This document shows, one piece after another, positions 8,903-17,678 of a stretch of DNA of 20,000 nucleotides. Location of the stretch: the sequence record DRR378314_223; one strand, written 5' to 3'. The notes beneath the pieces were generated by a model. It was not told where the DNA came from and searched no databases. It saw only the letters and a list, made by a program, of their open reading frames with translations. The position numbers were made by a program, and so were the translations under genes. Position 1 is the stretch's first letter. Every line of letters begins with the position of its first letter.

Positions 8903-9952
8903 CTAACAGATCCGTGGCAATTGTTCGCCCGCCAGCCAATCGACGATCCGGGTGCCGCCAAAGCCGGTTTCCATGGTGACAAAACCCATGTCATCCTCGA
9001 CCACTGCACCGATGATCGCGGCGTCCCGGCCTTGTTCATGGGCCTGCATCACGCGCAAAAGGCTTTGCGCCTGATCGGGAGGGCAAATGGCTACCAGCTT
9101 GCCTTCGTTTGCGACATAAAGCGGGTCCAATCCCAGTAATTCGCAGGCTGCATCGACCTCGCCACGCAGCGGAATTTCCTCTTCGTTTAACTTCATGCCA
9201 ACACGGGATTGATGAGCGATTTCATTCAGCGTCGCCGCCAGACCGCCGCGTGTTGGATCACGCAGGCAGCGAATTTCGGGAACCGCCGCAACCATTTCGG
9301 CGACCAGCCCATGCAAGGCTGCGCTGTCGGAAACGATCTGAGTTTCAAAGGCCAGATTCTCGCGGCTCGACATGATCGCAACACCATGATCGCCGATATA
9401 TCCACTGACCAGAATCATGTCACCGGGCCGGGCATTTGTGCCGGATATATCCAAGCCGTCAGGCACCACACCGACGCCGGTGGTGGTGATGAACACGCCG
9501 TCACCCTTGCCGCGTTCGACCACTTTGGTATCGCCGGTGACAACTGGTACGCCTGCATCGCGCGCGGCCTTGGCCATCGAGGTGACGATCCGTTCCAGAT
9601 CAGCCAGTGGAAAACCCTCTTCGAGGATGAATCCCGCAGACAGATAGAGCGGTTTTGCCCCGGACATCGCCACGTCGTTGATGGTGCCATGCACCGACAG
9701 GCTGCCGATATCGCCGCCGGGGAAAAACAGCGGTGACACCACATGGCCATCGGTGCTGATCACCAGCCGTCCGGCAGGCGGGGTGAATAGTGCCTGATCA
9801 TTGCCCTGACGCAAAAGATCATTGTCAAAATGTTTGACGAAGAGTTCCTCGATCAACTGCGCCATCGCCCGCCCGCCCGAGCCATGGGTCATATCGACCT
9901 GCCCGCGCCGGAAATTGATCCGCGAAGGGAAGCGTTTTTCCATCACATTCAT
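8903..9952 (-). CDS. hypE: Hydrogenase maturation carbamoyl dehydratase HypE
   Basis: MTHGSGG, STDGHVVSPLFFPGGDIG, VTGDTKVV, RDPTRGG, ANEGK and C-terminal LPRIC. Start moved from 10123 to ATG 9952 (GGAGG upstream, ATGA overlap with the hypD stop). Confidence 0.96.
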   Translation of the reverse strand: MNVMEKRFPSRINFRRGQVDMTHGSGGRAMAQLIEELFVKHFDNDLLRQGNDQALFTPPAGRLVISTDGHVVSPLFFPGGDIGSLSVHGTINDVAMSGAKPLYLSAGFILEEGFPLADLERIVTSMAKAARDAGVPVVTGDTKVVERGKGDGVFITTTGVGVVPDGLDISGTNARPGDMILVSGYIGDHGVAIMSSRENLAFETQIVSDSAALHGLVAEMVAAVPEIRCLRDPTRGGLAATLNEIAHQSRVGMKLNEEEIPLRGEVDAACELLGLDPLYVANEGKLVAICPPDQAQSLLRVMQAHEQGRDAAIIGAVVEDDMGFVTMETGFGGTRIVDWLAGEQLPRIC

Positions 9953-11094
9953 TCTGCCGCCTCCTTGACCCGGTCCATACGGAACCGGCCAAAGCTCCAA
10001 TAAGCCGCACAGGAGCCTTCCGAGGACACCATGCAGGAACCTTGTGGATTGTCTGGCGTACAGACCGTGCCAAAGAGCTTGCAATCGGTTGGCTTCTTGA
10101 CCCCGCGCAGGATCGCTGGGCATTCGCAGCCCTTCACATCCGTTCCGGTGCTTTTGGTCACTGCAAAGCGTTTTTCAGCATCCCAATCGGCGTATTTTTC
10201 GGATATCCTGAGCGCGCTATAGGGCACCTCACCCAGACCACGCCATTCAAAGGACCGGCGCAGTTCAAAAACATCCGCCATCAGGTCCTTGGCCACCTCA
10301 TTACCTTCGGGTGTAACCACGCGGGTATATTCATTTTCGACTTCGAACCGGCCCTCATTAACCTGACGGATCAGCATCAGCGTCGATTGCATGACGTCCA
10401 GAGGTTCAAACCCGGCAATCACCACCGGTTTCTGGAACTCTTCGGCAAAGAAATCATAAGGCGCACTGCCGATGATCGAGCTGACATGGCTCGGTCCCAG
10501 AAACCCATCAATTGAAACCTGCCCTAGCTCGCGGACCTCGGGCGATTGTAGGATGTGCTGGATCGCCGATGGGGTCAGGACGTGATTGCAGAAGACGCTG
10601 AAGTTCATCAGACCCTCGGCGGCTGCCTGTTTGATGGCGACAGCGGTGGGCGGGGTCGTTGTCTCAAACCCGATGGCAAAGAACACCACCTCACGGTCGG
10701 GGTTTTCGCGGGCGATCTTCATCGCATCCTGGGTCGAATAGACCATGCGAATGTCAGAACCCGCGGCCTTGGCTTTGATCAGGCTGTTCTTCTTGCTGGC
10801 CGGTACTCGCATCATATCGCCATAGGTGCAGACAATCGCGCCATGACGATCCGCCAATTCAATCGCCATATCAATGCGCGGGATTGGCAAGACGCAGACC
10901 GGGCAGCCGGGGCCATGCACGAAAGTCACATTGTCCGGCATCAGATCCTGCACGCCATAGCGGAAAATTGCATGGGTATGACCGCCGCAAAACTCCATAA
11001 AATGATAGGTCCGAGCAGGGTCGGCCTCACGGATTATATCATCAGCGAGCTTGCGGGCGATATCTCTTTGGCGGAACTCATCTACATATTTCAT
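9949..11094 (-). CDS. hypD: Hydrogenase maturation Fe-S scaffold HypD
   Basis: MEFCGGHTH, GPGCPVC, GFETT, PSHVS and the C-terminal Cys-rich region ending GSCMVSSEGSC. Confidence 0.97.
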   Translation of the reverse strand: MKYVDEFRQRDIARKLADDIIREADPARTYHFMEFCGGHTHAIFRYGVQDLMPDNVTFVHGPGCPVCVLPIPRIDMAIELADRHGAIVCTYGDMMRVPASKKNSLIKAKAAGSDIRMVYSTQDAMKIARENPDREVVFFAIGFETTTPPTAVAIKQAAAEGLMNFSVFCNHVLTPSAIQHILQSPEVRELGQVSIDGFLGPSHVSSIIGSAPYDFFAEEFQKPVVIAGFEPLDVMQSTLMLIRQVNEGRFEVENEYTRVVTPEGNEVAKDLMADVFELRRSFEWRGLGEVPYSALRISEKYADWDAEKRFAVTKSTGTDVKGCECPAILRGVKKPTDCKLFGTVCTPDNPQGSCMVSSEGSCAAYWSFGRFRMDRVKEAAE

Positions 11095-11318
11095 AAGGAC
11101 ACCTCGGCCAGTTCCGCCATCAGCGCCAGCGTGCGCTGTGCCTCTTCAGGGCTGATCTTGTTGAGTGCATAGCCGACATGGACCAGCACGAAATCGCCCA
11201 GTTCCACATCGGTGAGCAGCGCCAGCGAGATGTCCTTGCGAACACCTTCCAGCGATACGGTTGCGGTTTGCTGATCATCGGTGATCGCGACGACTTCAGC
11301 TGGAATTGCGAGACACAT
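11091..11318 (-). CDS. hypC: Hydrogenase maturation chaperone HypC
   Basis: MCLAIP...GDFVLVHVGYAL. Start set at ATG 11318 (GGGAGG upstream, 2 nt after the hypB stop) instead of the ORF-track 11396; 75 aa. Confidence 0.95.
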   Translation of the reverse strand: MCLAIPAEVVAITDDQQTATVSLEGVRKDISLALLTDVELGDFVLVHVGYALNKISPEEAQRTLALMAELAEVSL

Positions 11319-11320
11319 GG

Positions 11321-12178
11321 CTACCTCCCTGCCGATATTTTCGGTGCGCGCCCGATCTGGAAGATCTGGCGGCTGGAGCGCACCCAGTTCAGCCAATCCT
11401 CCATGCCCTCACCGGATTTTGCCGACACCAACAGCGTCTTGATCCGCGGGTTCACACGACGGGCATAGTCGAGGCATTTATCCACGTCGAAATCGAGATG
11501 CGGCAACAGATCGGTCTTGGTGAGCAGCATCACATCCGAGGCGTGGAACATGTCCGGGTATTTGATCGGCTTATCCTCCCCTTCGGTCACCGACAGGATC
11601 ACAACCTTATGCGCCTCACCCAGATCGAACGCTGCAGGACAGACCAGATTGCCGACATTCTCGATGAAAAGAACGCCCTCTGCCCCGATATCGAGATGTT
11701 CCAGCGCGTGGCCGACCATGTGACCATCCAGATGACAGCCCTTGCCGGTGTTGACCTGAATAGCCGGAACGCCGGTTTCGCGAATACGTTCGGCGTCATT
11801 GGCTGTTTGCTGGTCGCCTTCGATGACAGCTATACCCAACTCGCCCTGCAAGCGCTTTATCGTCTGGGTCAAGAGCGTCGTCTTGCCTGATCCGGGGCTC
11901 GACACAAGATTGAGCGCCAGCGTGCCATTGTCCTGAAACACCCGACGGTTGGCAGCGGCGTATTCGTTGTTCTTGGCGAGAATATCGGTTTCGATCTGCA
12001 CCATCCGCGACTGGCTGAGACCCGGCGCATGGGCATGGGCAGGCCCGTGGCCATAATGGTGCGTACCGGGTTCATCTTCAGTGTGATGGTGGTGGTGGTC
12101 ACCGCCATCTGCATGGGAATGGTTTTCCCCCCCTTCGATTTTCACCTCACCTTCGGAACATCCGCAAACAGTACACAT
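11321..12178 (-). CDS. hypB: Nickel-insertion GTPase HypB
   Basis: N-terminal CTVCGC, His-rich linker, P-loop [31 protein letters not shown] and TKTD. Confidence 0.97.
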   Translation of the reverse strand: MCTVCGCSEGEVKIEGGENHSHADGGDHHHHHTEDEPGTHHYGHGPAHAHAPGLSQSRMVQIETDILAKNNEYAAANRRVFQDNGTLALNLVSSPGSGKTTLLTQTIKRLQGELGIAVIEGDQQTANDAERIRETGVPAIQVNTGKGCHLDGHMVGHALEHLDIGAEGVLFIENVGNLVCPAAFDLGEAHKVVILSVTEGEDKPIKYPDMFHASDVMLLTKTDLLPHLDFDVDKCLDYARRVNPRIKTLLVSAKSGEGMEDWLNWVRSSRQIFQIGRAPKISAGR

Positions 12179-12519
12179 TAATCCACCTCCATATCTTTTA
12201 TCCTCAGCTCTTCGCCGCCGGTTATCTGTATCTGATAGCTCCCACAGTCCGGGCAGGCATCGAAACGCTCTCTGACTTCAACCGATCCGGCACATGGCAT
12301 GCACCAGCCGGTCACCGGCAGTTCGATCACATCAAGCTCGGATCCCGCCGCGATGCCGCCACGCGTCACAACATCAAAGCTGAATCGCAGTGCCTCCAAC
12401 TCGACCCCGGCAAGCGGTCCGATTTCAAGCCGTACCCGGCGCACTCTGGTAAACGATTGTGCGACAGCCTGTTGTTCGATGACCGAAACGATGCTTTCAC
12501 AGATTGACATCTCATGCAT
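12178..12519 (-). CDS. hypA: Nickel metallochaperone HypA
   Basis: MHEMSI N-terminus, CMPC and CPDC zinc motifs, [11 protein letters not shown]; 113 aa from ATG 12519 (TGATG overlap with hupK). The ORF-track start at 12654 is too far upstream. Confidence 0.96.
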   Translation of the reverse strand: MHEMSICESIVSVIEQQAVAQSFTRVRRVRLEIGPLAGVELEALRFSFDVVTRGGIAAGSELDVIELPVTGWCMPCAGSVEVRERFDACPDCGSYQIQITGGEELRIKDMEVD

Positions 12520-13571
12520 CAGGCAACCCTCACTTCGAAATCGACACAAGGATCGATAGCCTGAACCAGCACGCCTGCCTTTTCGGCCCAATCTGGCCCT
12601 TGAGGCAGTGCTCCAAGCGCCTGAACCGCTGCACCTTCTGGGTGAAAGTTCCACTCGGTCGGTGCAAGAATACGATAGTCGACAATTGCGCCGCCCTGTA
12701 ATTTGGCGGCATGGATCAGCCGACCGCGCGCGGTTTCGACGATACCGAACCCCGGCCCGCCTGCGGATATTGCTGTTGTCTGCCGCATTTGAGCCGGGAT
12801 CTTGGCCAGATCGATCAGCCGCGCAACCAGCCGCGCCAGCAATCCGGTGCCATACTTTGAAATCAGTGCAGCCACCAAAGGGTGCGCATGCTGGCGCGTA
12901 AGCGGTCCGGTTTCACGGGGTTGGCCCAGCCAATCCGGGGCCTGAGTGTAGGACGGCTCTAACAACCGGGCAGTCAGCAGATGCGGCGACAAGTCTGGCA
13001 GGTAATGCGTTGGGGCAGCCCCCAAGTCGTGCCAGCCATTGCGGCATACCGTGGCTATGAACTTCGCTGCAGCAGATTGGCTTTGCGCAATCCAGCCTTG
13101 GAACGACGTTGCGGTGCTGAGTTCCAGAAACTCCTCAGGGGCAGAGCCAAACACGCAGGTTGCCAGAAGCTCTGATAATTGGCCTGCCGCAATTCGTTCT
13201 GCCATTTCATCGCCCGCCGCAGCTTTCATACCGACCACAAGCGCTGCCAAGTCGTGCAGCGGCATATCATTGACCACCTCATCAACCCGCCAGCCAAGCG
13301 CTATACGCAACAAATGTTCACGCGCGTTTTCGGCCAGCACGGCCAGAGCGAGAGTGCGCGCTTCGGCCTTGCTGCCCGGATGTGCAAGCGCCTGACGCGC
13401 CGCTGCAACATGGGCCTGACCGCAGAGCGAAAATATCATTGGCAACAGAGTCAAAGCTTCATCCGGGTGCCGCCCCGTCAACAGCTTTCCGACATCCACC
13501 CTGCGGTTAGACCGCAACTGGACCGTCCCATCCTGCCCCAGATCAATGGTTATCTTGCCTTCCGAAATCAT
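12519..13571 (-). CDS. hupK: Hydrogenase cofactor scaffold HupK/HoxV (degenerate large-subunit homologue)
   Basis: LPMIFSLCGQAH, ETGPL, VETARGRLIH, YRILAPTEWNFHP and C-terminal DPCVDF (one Cys of each Ni motif replaced by Phe). Confidence 0.92.
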   Translation of the reverse strand: MISEGKITIDLGQDGTVQLRSNRRVDVGKLLTGRHPDEALTLLPMIFSLCGQAHVAAARQALAHPGSKAEARTLALAVLAENAREHLLRIALGWRVDEVVNDMPLHDLAALVVGMKAAAGDEMAERIAAGQLSELLATCVFGSAPEEFLELSTATSFQGWIAQSQSAAAKFIATVCRNGWHDLGAAPTHYLPDLSPHLLTARLLEPSYTQAPDWLGQPRETGPLTRQHAHPLVAALISKYGTGLLARLVARLIDLAKIPAQMRQTTAISAGGPGFGIVETARGRLIHAAKLQGGAIVDYRILAPTEWNFHPEGAAVQALGALPQGPDWAEKAGVLVQAIDPCVDFEVRVA

Positions 13572-14152
13572 GGCTGAGCATCCGTGGTTTCCTGTTCCGG
13601 CCCCCGCCCGCCACGCAGGAAATCGCGGCGATTGACCTCTTTAGGGACGTTCGAGGCTGGGGCATCTGGTTCTACCGGATCAGGCTTGGGCAGGCGCCCA
13701 GCCCAAATCCCGCGCATATCGGCATCCTCAGCCTCGTCATCATTGGCAGGCTTCAACACCTCGGCCAAAGCTGCCTCTGCCGTTTCCACCGCCGCTGCCT
13801 GATCCTCAAACTCAAAGACCGGAGAGAACAGCGAGCATGACAAGGAATGGCCAAACCCTTCCTCATAGCCAACAATGAATTCAACATGGCCCGCAGGCAG
13901 CGCGATCTGAATCTTTTCACCAACGCTTGGCGCTGTGGGCAGAAAGGCATCCTGCTCCTGCGGCACCAATATCAGGTTCATAAACCATGGTGTCAGCAGC
14001 ACACCAAGGTGGTAATCCTGCCATGGTTCAAACCCGAAAGCAGCGACCGAAAGGGCCGCGTTCAGGATTGGCACGCCTTCCATGCGGGTCTCTTCGATCT
14101 CGGTATAAAGATCGTGCAATCGGTCCCGGATATATGCGCCGCTATCCTGCAT
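13568..14152 (-). CDS. hupJ: HybE/HoxT/HupJ-family hydrogenase assembly chaperone
   Basis: RMEGVPILNAAL, GVLLTPWFMNL, LPAG and SCSLFSPV are HybE-family motifs; located between the rubredoxin gene and hupK. Confidence 0.9.
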   Translation of the reverse strand: MQDSGAYIRDRLHDLYTEIEETRMEGVPILNAALSVAAFGFEPWQDYHLGVLLTPWFMNLILVPQEQDAFLPTAPSVGEKIQIALPAGHVEFIVGYEEGFGHSLSCSLFSPVFEFEDQAAAVETAEAALAEVLKPANDDEAEDADMRGIWAGRLPKPDPVEPDAPASNVPKEVNRRDFLRGGRGPEQETTDAQP

Positions 14153-14385
14153 CAGGTGTCGACCACCATGAAATCTTCACGCCTGCCATCGCAATTTGGG
14201 CAGGACCAATGGTCCGGCAATTGCGCAAAAGGGGTGCCTGGCGCAATCTGCCAATATTCATCACCTTCTGCCGGCTCGTATTGCCACCAGCAAATCTTGC
14301 ATTCTAGCACAGAGGTGTCCTCAAGCTTGGAAATGTCCCCCCCAAAGGACCCGCCTGAAAACCCTGCTGTTGGTGCGATGGTCAT
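14152..14385 (-). CDS. hupI: Rubredoxin HupI/HoxR
   Basis: ECKICWWQYEPAEGD...IAPGTPFAQLPDHWSCPNCD: two CxxC rubredoxin knuckles; 77 aa. Confidence 0.93.
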   Translation of the reverse strand: MTIAPTAGFSGGSFGGDISKLEDTSVLECKICWWQYEPAEGDEYWQIAPGTPFAQLPDHWSCPNCDGRREDFMVVDT

Positions 14386-15236
14386 TTGTAGATCTCCATG
14401 ATTTCCGCCAACCGTTCAGCACTGTCGTCAATGTCTTCCTGCGCCGCGCAAACAACTTCAGGGACATTGATGATCTCGATTGAATTCAAGATGACAGTGT
14501 CCTGCGCGTTGTAATATTGAACCCACCATACGTTTTTGGTCTGGGTGGACGACACCCGACAATTCCCATACCCGCGTGACAATACAATTGTGCTGCCTAC
14601 GCCCAGCTTGTCAGCCAGGTATTTCAGGTCTTCCTCGGTATGGGGCAGCAGGCTGAGATTAATCGAATGCGCGCCATCACCGGGTTTGTAATCTGCAACA
14701 CGCTCGGCAATCTCAGACAACAGCGACGGCGCATTGAAAACTGAAGGCGGCAGCGGATCCTCGGCCAAAGCACATCTCGTTGCGGCATTTACAAAAACTT
14801 GATCACGCACCGCATCGGGCCATTCGGCAACCTCGATCGTGTCACGCTTGATTACGCCCTTGGCGTCAAAGTGCAAAACCCGCCAGACACCGGCAAAAAC
14901 CGCTTCCTGAACCTGAATGTTTACACCGCTGACCATTGAAACCTCACCTTCACCAAGGATTTGGTTCACCAGACCCAGATCCGCCGGTTCCAGATCCCCA
15001 AGTTCCAATACGAAAGCGGGCTTACCAACCTTGTAAGCGGCCAATCCGGCAGCCAGTTCGTTCAGCTTTGCTTTGCCTGCTTCCATGCCTTCGGTATCTT
15101 CAGGCTCTGGGGCAATCGGTAAATCGAACGTCGCCATCTCTCGTGGCATTTCCATATAGTCGAGCGCCTGCCCATCCGGTTCTGTAGGCTGCGTCCCCGG
15201 ACCTGTGGCACCCGGTATGGTGAATTCAGTAGACAT
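14382..15236 (-). CDS. hupH: Hydrogenase expression/formation protein HupH/HoxQ (HyaF-like)
   Basis: GPGTQP, LGEGEVS, QEAVFAGVWRV, INLSLLP, LSRGYGNCRV, NVWWVQYYN, AQEDIDDSAERL. Confidence 0.92.
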   Translation of the reverse strand: MSTEFTIPGATGPGTQPTEPDGQALDYMEMPREMATFDLPIAPEPEDTEGMEAGKAKLNELAAGLAAYKVGKPAFVLELGDLEPADLGLVNQILGEGEVSMVSGVNIQVQEAVFAGVWRVLHFDAKGVIKRDTIEVAEWPDAVRDQVFVNAATRCALAEDPLPPSVFNAPSLLSEIAERVADYKPGDGAHSINLSLLPHTEEDLKYLADKLGVGSTIVLSRGYGNCRVSSTQTKNVWWVQYYNAQDTVILNSIEIINVPEVVCAAQEDIDDSAERLAEIMEIYK

Positions 15237-15265
15237 CAGTGGACCTCACATCAATTGGTTTCGGA

Positions 15266-15697
15266 TTATTGCGTTGTTCCAAGGGCTGGCGCACACCCTT
15301 CGGGGAATTCAAACCGGGGCGGGGGAGAAGGTTCTCTTGCCAGAATTTCGTTAATTTCGATGACATAATCGGACCAATCCAGGACCTTCTGGATCACCCC
15401 GAGATAGCCCCCATCCCGCAGAAAGATCAGTGCTGGAAACCGGTTGAATCTATACCGGGTCTGGATTTCTCTTTCGCCGCCGCGGTCCAGAACCGCCCCG
15501 GTCAGATGCCCGTTTGACGCCTTCAGAATTTCCGGCAGGATTACGGCAACGTCATTGACTTCAACATGGCGATGCCAGTCGCCACCAACAAACAAAACCA
15601 AATCACCCTGGGTTGCCGCAAATTCATCCAGTGTTTCGGCCGTAACAACCTGCAGGCTTTCGCGCGCGATGATACTGTCCATCAAGGGGGAAAACAT
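15266..15697 (-). CDS. hupG: Thioredoxin-fold small-subunit chaperone HupG/HoxO (HyaE-like)
   Basis: EVNDVAVILPEI and FPALIFLRDGGYLGVI..VLDW motifs, no CxxC; lies between hupF and hupH. Confidence 0.9.
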   Translation of the reverse strand: MFSPLMDSIIARESLQVVTAETLDEFAATQGDLVLFVGGDWHRHVEVNDVAVILPEILKASNGHLTGAVLDRGGEREIQTRYRFNRFPALIFLRDGGYLGVIQKVLDWSDYVIEINEILAREPSPPPRFEFPEGCAPALGTTQ

Positions 15698-15993
15698 CAG
15701 AGTGTATCCTTTCGATTTGTAGCAGAATTTTCGATTATGTCGGCAAACAGATGATCAATGTCCGCAGTTCCACCAGACATGACCGTTTCCAAGGCAAAGA
15801 GCGCGTCGGAAATCCTTTTTGCGTCTTCTTCCGCGATCACCTCACGGGCAGCATCAATAAAGACCAACACCCATGTTCCCGGTGCCAGATCGCCAACCAG
15901 CATCGTATCAATCCGGCGCAGCGCCCCGTTATAGTCGCAGATGGCATAGCCTGTACCGCATTCCGTGACTTGCATCGGGATGCCCAGACACAT
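15697..15993 (-). CDS. hupF: HypC paralogue HupF/HoxL
   Basis: MCLGIPMQV, GTWVLVFIDAAREVI and a C-terminal extension containing DHLFAD; 98 aa. Confidence 0.92.
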   Translation of the reverse strand: MCLGIPMQVTECGTGYAICDYNGALRRIDTMLVGDLAPGTWVLVFIDAAREVIAEEDAKRISDALFALETVMSGGTADIDHLFADIIENSATNRKDTL

Positions 15994-16685
15994 CAGCCCA
16001 CCTCCGACCCATTGCCTGATAACAAACTTTCCATATCACCGTCGAAATCCCTGGGTGCGCACCAGTTCTGATCCCGCAGCAGCCGCTCATCACCGCTACG
16101 GCAGGCGAGGTCTTCGGATGGGCGGCCCGCTTCGTAATGCACGCTGTTCACAATCGGGCAGGCAATCGTGCTTTCCGGGGGCAGAGGTGTTTCGCGCATG
16201 GTTGCCGTGATCCCCAAATCAGCCAGATAGTGCAACGCAACCTCAATCGCCGGATCTATCTGCGCCTTCATTTCTGGGCGCAGGCCGCCGCCGAAATCTT
16301 CCAACTCCACCGGTTGCACACCGATCAATAACAGGCGTTCCGGCGGCTCACCCATCATCTCAGCCATGGCCAGAACTTCCTGAAACCCAGTCTGGTGCAG
16401 GCTGATCTTCTTGGCGCCCAGGAATTTTGGCACCTCATCGCCCTCCACCCGCTTCATGGTTCCCGGCGGCAGGTCATAATCCACTGCATCAAAGACAATC
16501 AGCACATCGGCATCGCGCACATGCTGCACAAGGTAGATGCCTTGGGTGCCCCCATCCATCAGAGTAACATTTTCCGGCGTCGCAAATTTGCGGTGAAATT
16601 CTTCCACTGCCCGCACGCCAAAACCCTCATCTGCCCAAAGCAGGTTCCCAATACCCAAGATCAATACATTTGGTTCTTGCTGCAC
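15993..16685 (-). CDS. hupD: Hydrogenase maturation endopeptidase HupD/HoxM (HyaD family)
   Basis: LILGIGNLLWADEGFG, DGGTQG, FDAVD, SLHQTGFQEVL. Start set at GTG 16685, which has GGGAGG just upstream; the ORF-track GTG at 16751 has no clear RBS. Confidence 0.93.
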   Translation of the reverse strand: MQQEPNVLILGIGNLLWADEGFGVRAVEEFHRKFATPENVTLMDGGTQGIYLVQHVRDADVLIVFDAVDYDLPPGTMKRVEGDEVPKFLGAKKISLHQTGFQEVLAMAEMMGEPPERLLLIGVQPVELEDFGGGLRPEMKAQIDPAIEVALHYLADLGITATMRETPLPPESTIACPIVNSVHYEAGRPSEDLACRSGDERLLRDQNWCAPRDFDGDMESLLSGNGSEVG

Positions 16686-16770
16686 GACGCCCTCCCTTGC
16701 GTGGTACGCCTCTACATCCTCAGAACTTCCAGCGATTTTGCCTCGCACCACGGTAGAGTGAAGTTCGCCC

Positions 16771-16910
16771 CAACAGGATAATTGGAAAGTTATATTCCAT
16801 TTCTGAGGAGAATAGATTTGCTATATTCCACATATAACCTGCTTGGATTCGACCCACATTGCAAGAACTTTAATCGTAATTATGATAACTGAAAACTTTC
16901 CTTCCAATTC
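16771..16910. promoter_or_regulatory. AT-rich candidate promoter/operator region upstream of hupD
   Basis: About 34% GC by hand count, much lower than the flanking coding sequence. Contains direct and inverted repeats (GyTATATTCCA twice; TGGAA-N7-TTCCA) and is the only large intergenic gap in the window. No canonical promoter was identified. Confidence 0.5.
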
Positions 16911-16912
16911 GA

Positions 16913-16938
16913 AAGGCACCGCAAATCTGCGGTGCCTT
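16913..16938 (-). terminator. Stem-loop after hupC (intrinsic terminator or mRNA-stabilising hairpin)
   Basis: Perfect 11-bp inverted repeat AAGGCACCGCA-aatc-TGCGGTGCCTT, 27 nt downstream of the hupC stop; only a short U run on the minus strand. Confidence 0.75.
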
Positions 16939-16965
16939 GGTACTAAGTTGAAAACAGGCTTGAAT

Positions 16966-17667
16966 TTAGTCGTCTGCGGGACGGTCATCCTTGAAGGTGC
17001 GCCACCCGGAAATCATCGAACTTATGATCGACTGACGCGACATGATGTCTTCGCGGACTGCGACATAGATGTGAATGATGACAAAGCAGATAATCAACCA
17101 CATCCCCAAATGGTGCCAAGTATGCACGTCCTGGCTTTGCCCAAAGAGCGGAATGATCCAGGTTGAGAACCACGTATGCTGCCATGTCCCGGGTCCGGTC
17201 CCTTCGCCATAAAGCGCCAGTCCGGTGAAGATCATGAAAATCGTGCCCCAGACATAGAGAACATGCATTGTTAAAATAGCCAGCGGGTTGTGGCCGACAT
17301 ACTTCTTGGGCTCCTTGGTCAACATCGCGTACCACTTGATCTCGTGCCAGACTTCGGCCCAGAACGAGGGACACCACACGGGGGGCGCAAATATCTCTCG
17401 TGCGTGACTGTTGCCGACAAAGGCCCAGTATATCCTGAACACAAAGCCGATGATCACCAGATAGGCGGCGACAAAATGTATCCAGCGGATATATCCCATG
17501 ACATAATGGTCATAGGCTTCGCCCCCCACCGATGGCAGTGGCGCGCCAATCAGATAGCCGGTCCCGGCCAGTGCCAGAATGGAAAATGCCTGTATCCAAT
17601 GCCAGATGCGGATCGGGGCCTGATAAACATAGACCGCCTCTTCCTTATGTTTTTCAACAACGCTCAT
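16966..17667 (-). CDS. hupC: Ni/Fe-hydrogenase b-type cytochrome subunit HupC/HoxZ
   Basis: YVYQAPIRIWHW, RWIHF, GHNPLA, HTWHHLGMW...IIHIY (heme-ligand His residues), RQSIISSMISGWR. Start at ATG 17667 with GGGAGG upstream; the ORF-track 17748 overlaps hupL. Confidence 0.96.
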   Translation of the reverse strand: MSVVEKHKEEAVYVYQAPIRIWHWIQAFSILALAGTGYLIGAPLPSVGGEAYDHYVMGYIRWIHFVAAYLVIIGFVFRIYWAFVGNSHAREIFAPPVWCPSFWAEVWHEIKWYAMLTKEPKKYVGHNPLAILTMHVLYVWGTIFMIFTGLALYGEGTGPGTWQHTWFSTWIIPLFGQSQDVHTWHHLGMWLIICFVIIHIYVAVREDIMSRQSIISSMISGWRTFKDDRPADD

Positions 17668-17678
17668 GATAGCCTCCC

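Noticed and set aside
12020..12125. Low-complexity (TGG)n/His-codon stretch
   Set aside because: Encodes the normal His-rich linker of HypB; not a DNA repeat element.
16780..16909. MITE, IS remnant or mini-CRISPR suggested by the short repeats
   Set aside because: The inverted repeat is only 8 bp, with no clear target duplication or transposase; the direct repeats are 9-11 bp in two copies, with no cas genes.
16686..16965. sigma54 promoter, R. capsulatus-type HupR site (TTG-N5-CAA), FNR box or E. coli-type NikR box in the spacer
   Set aside because: No convincing match found by eye on either strand.
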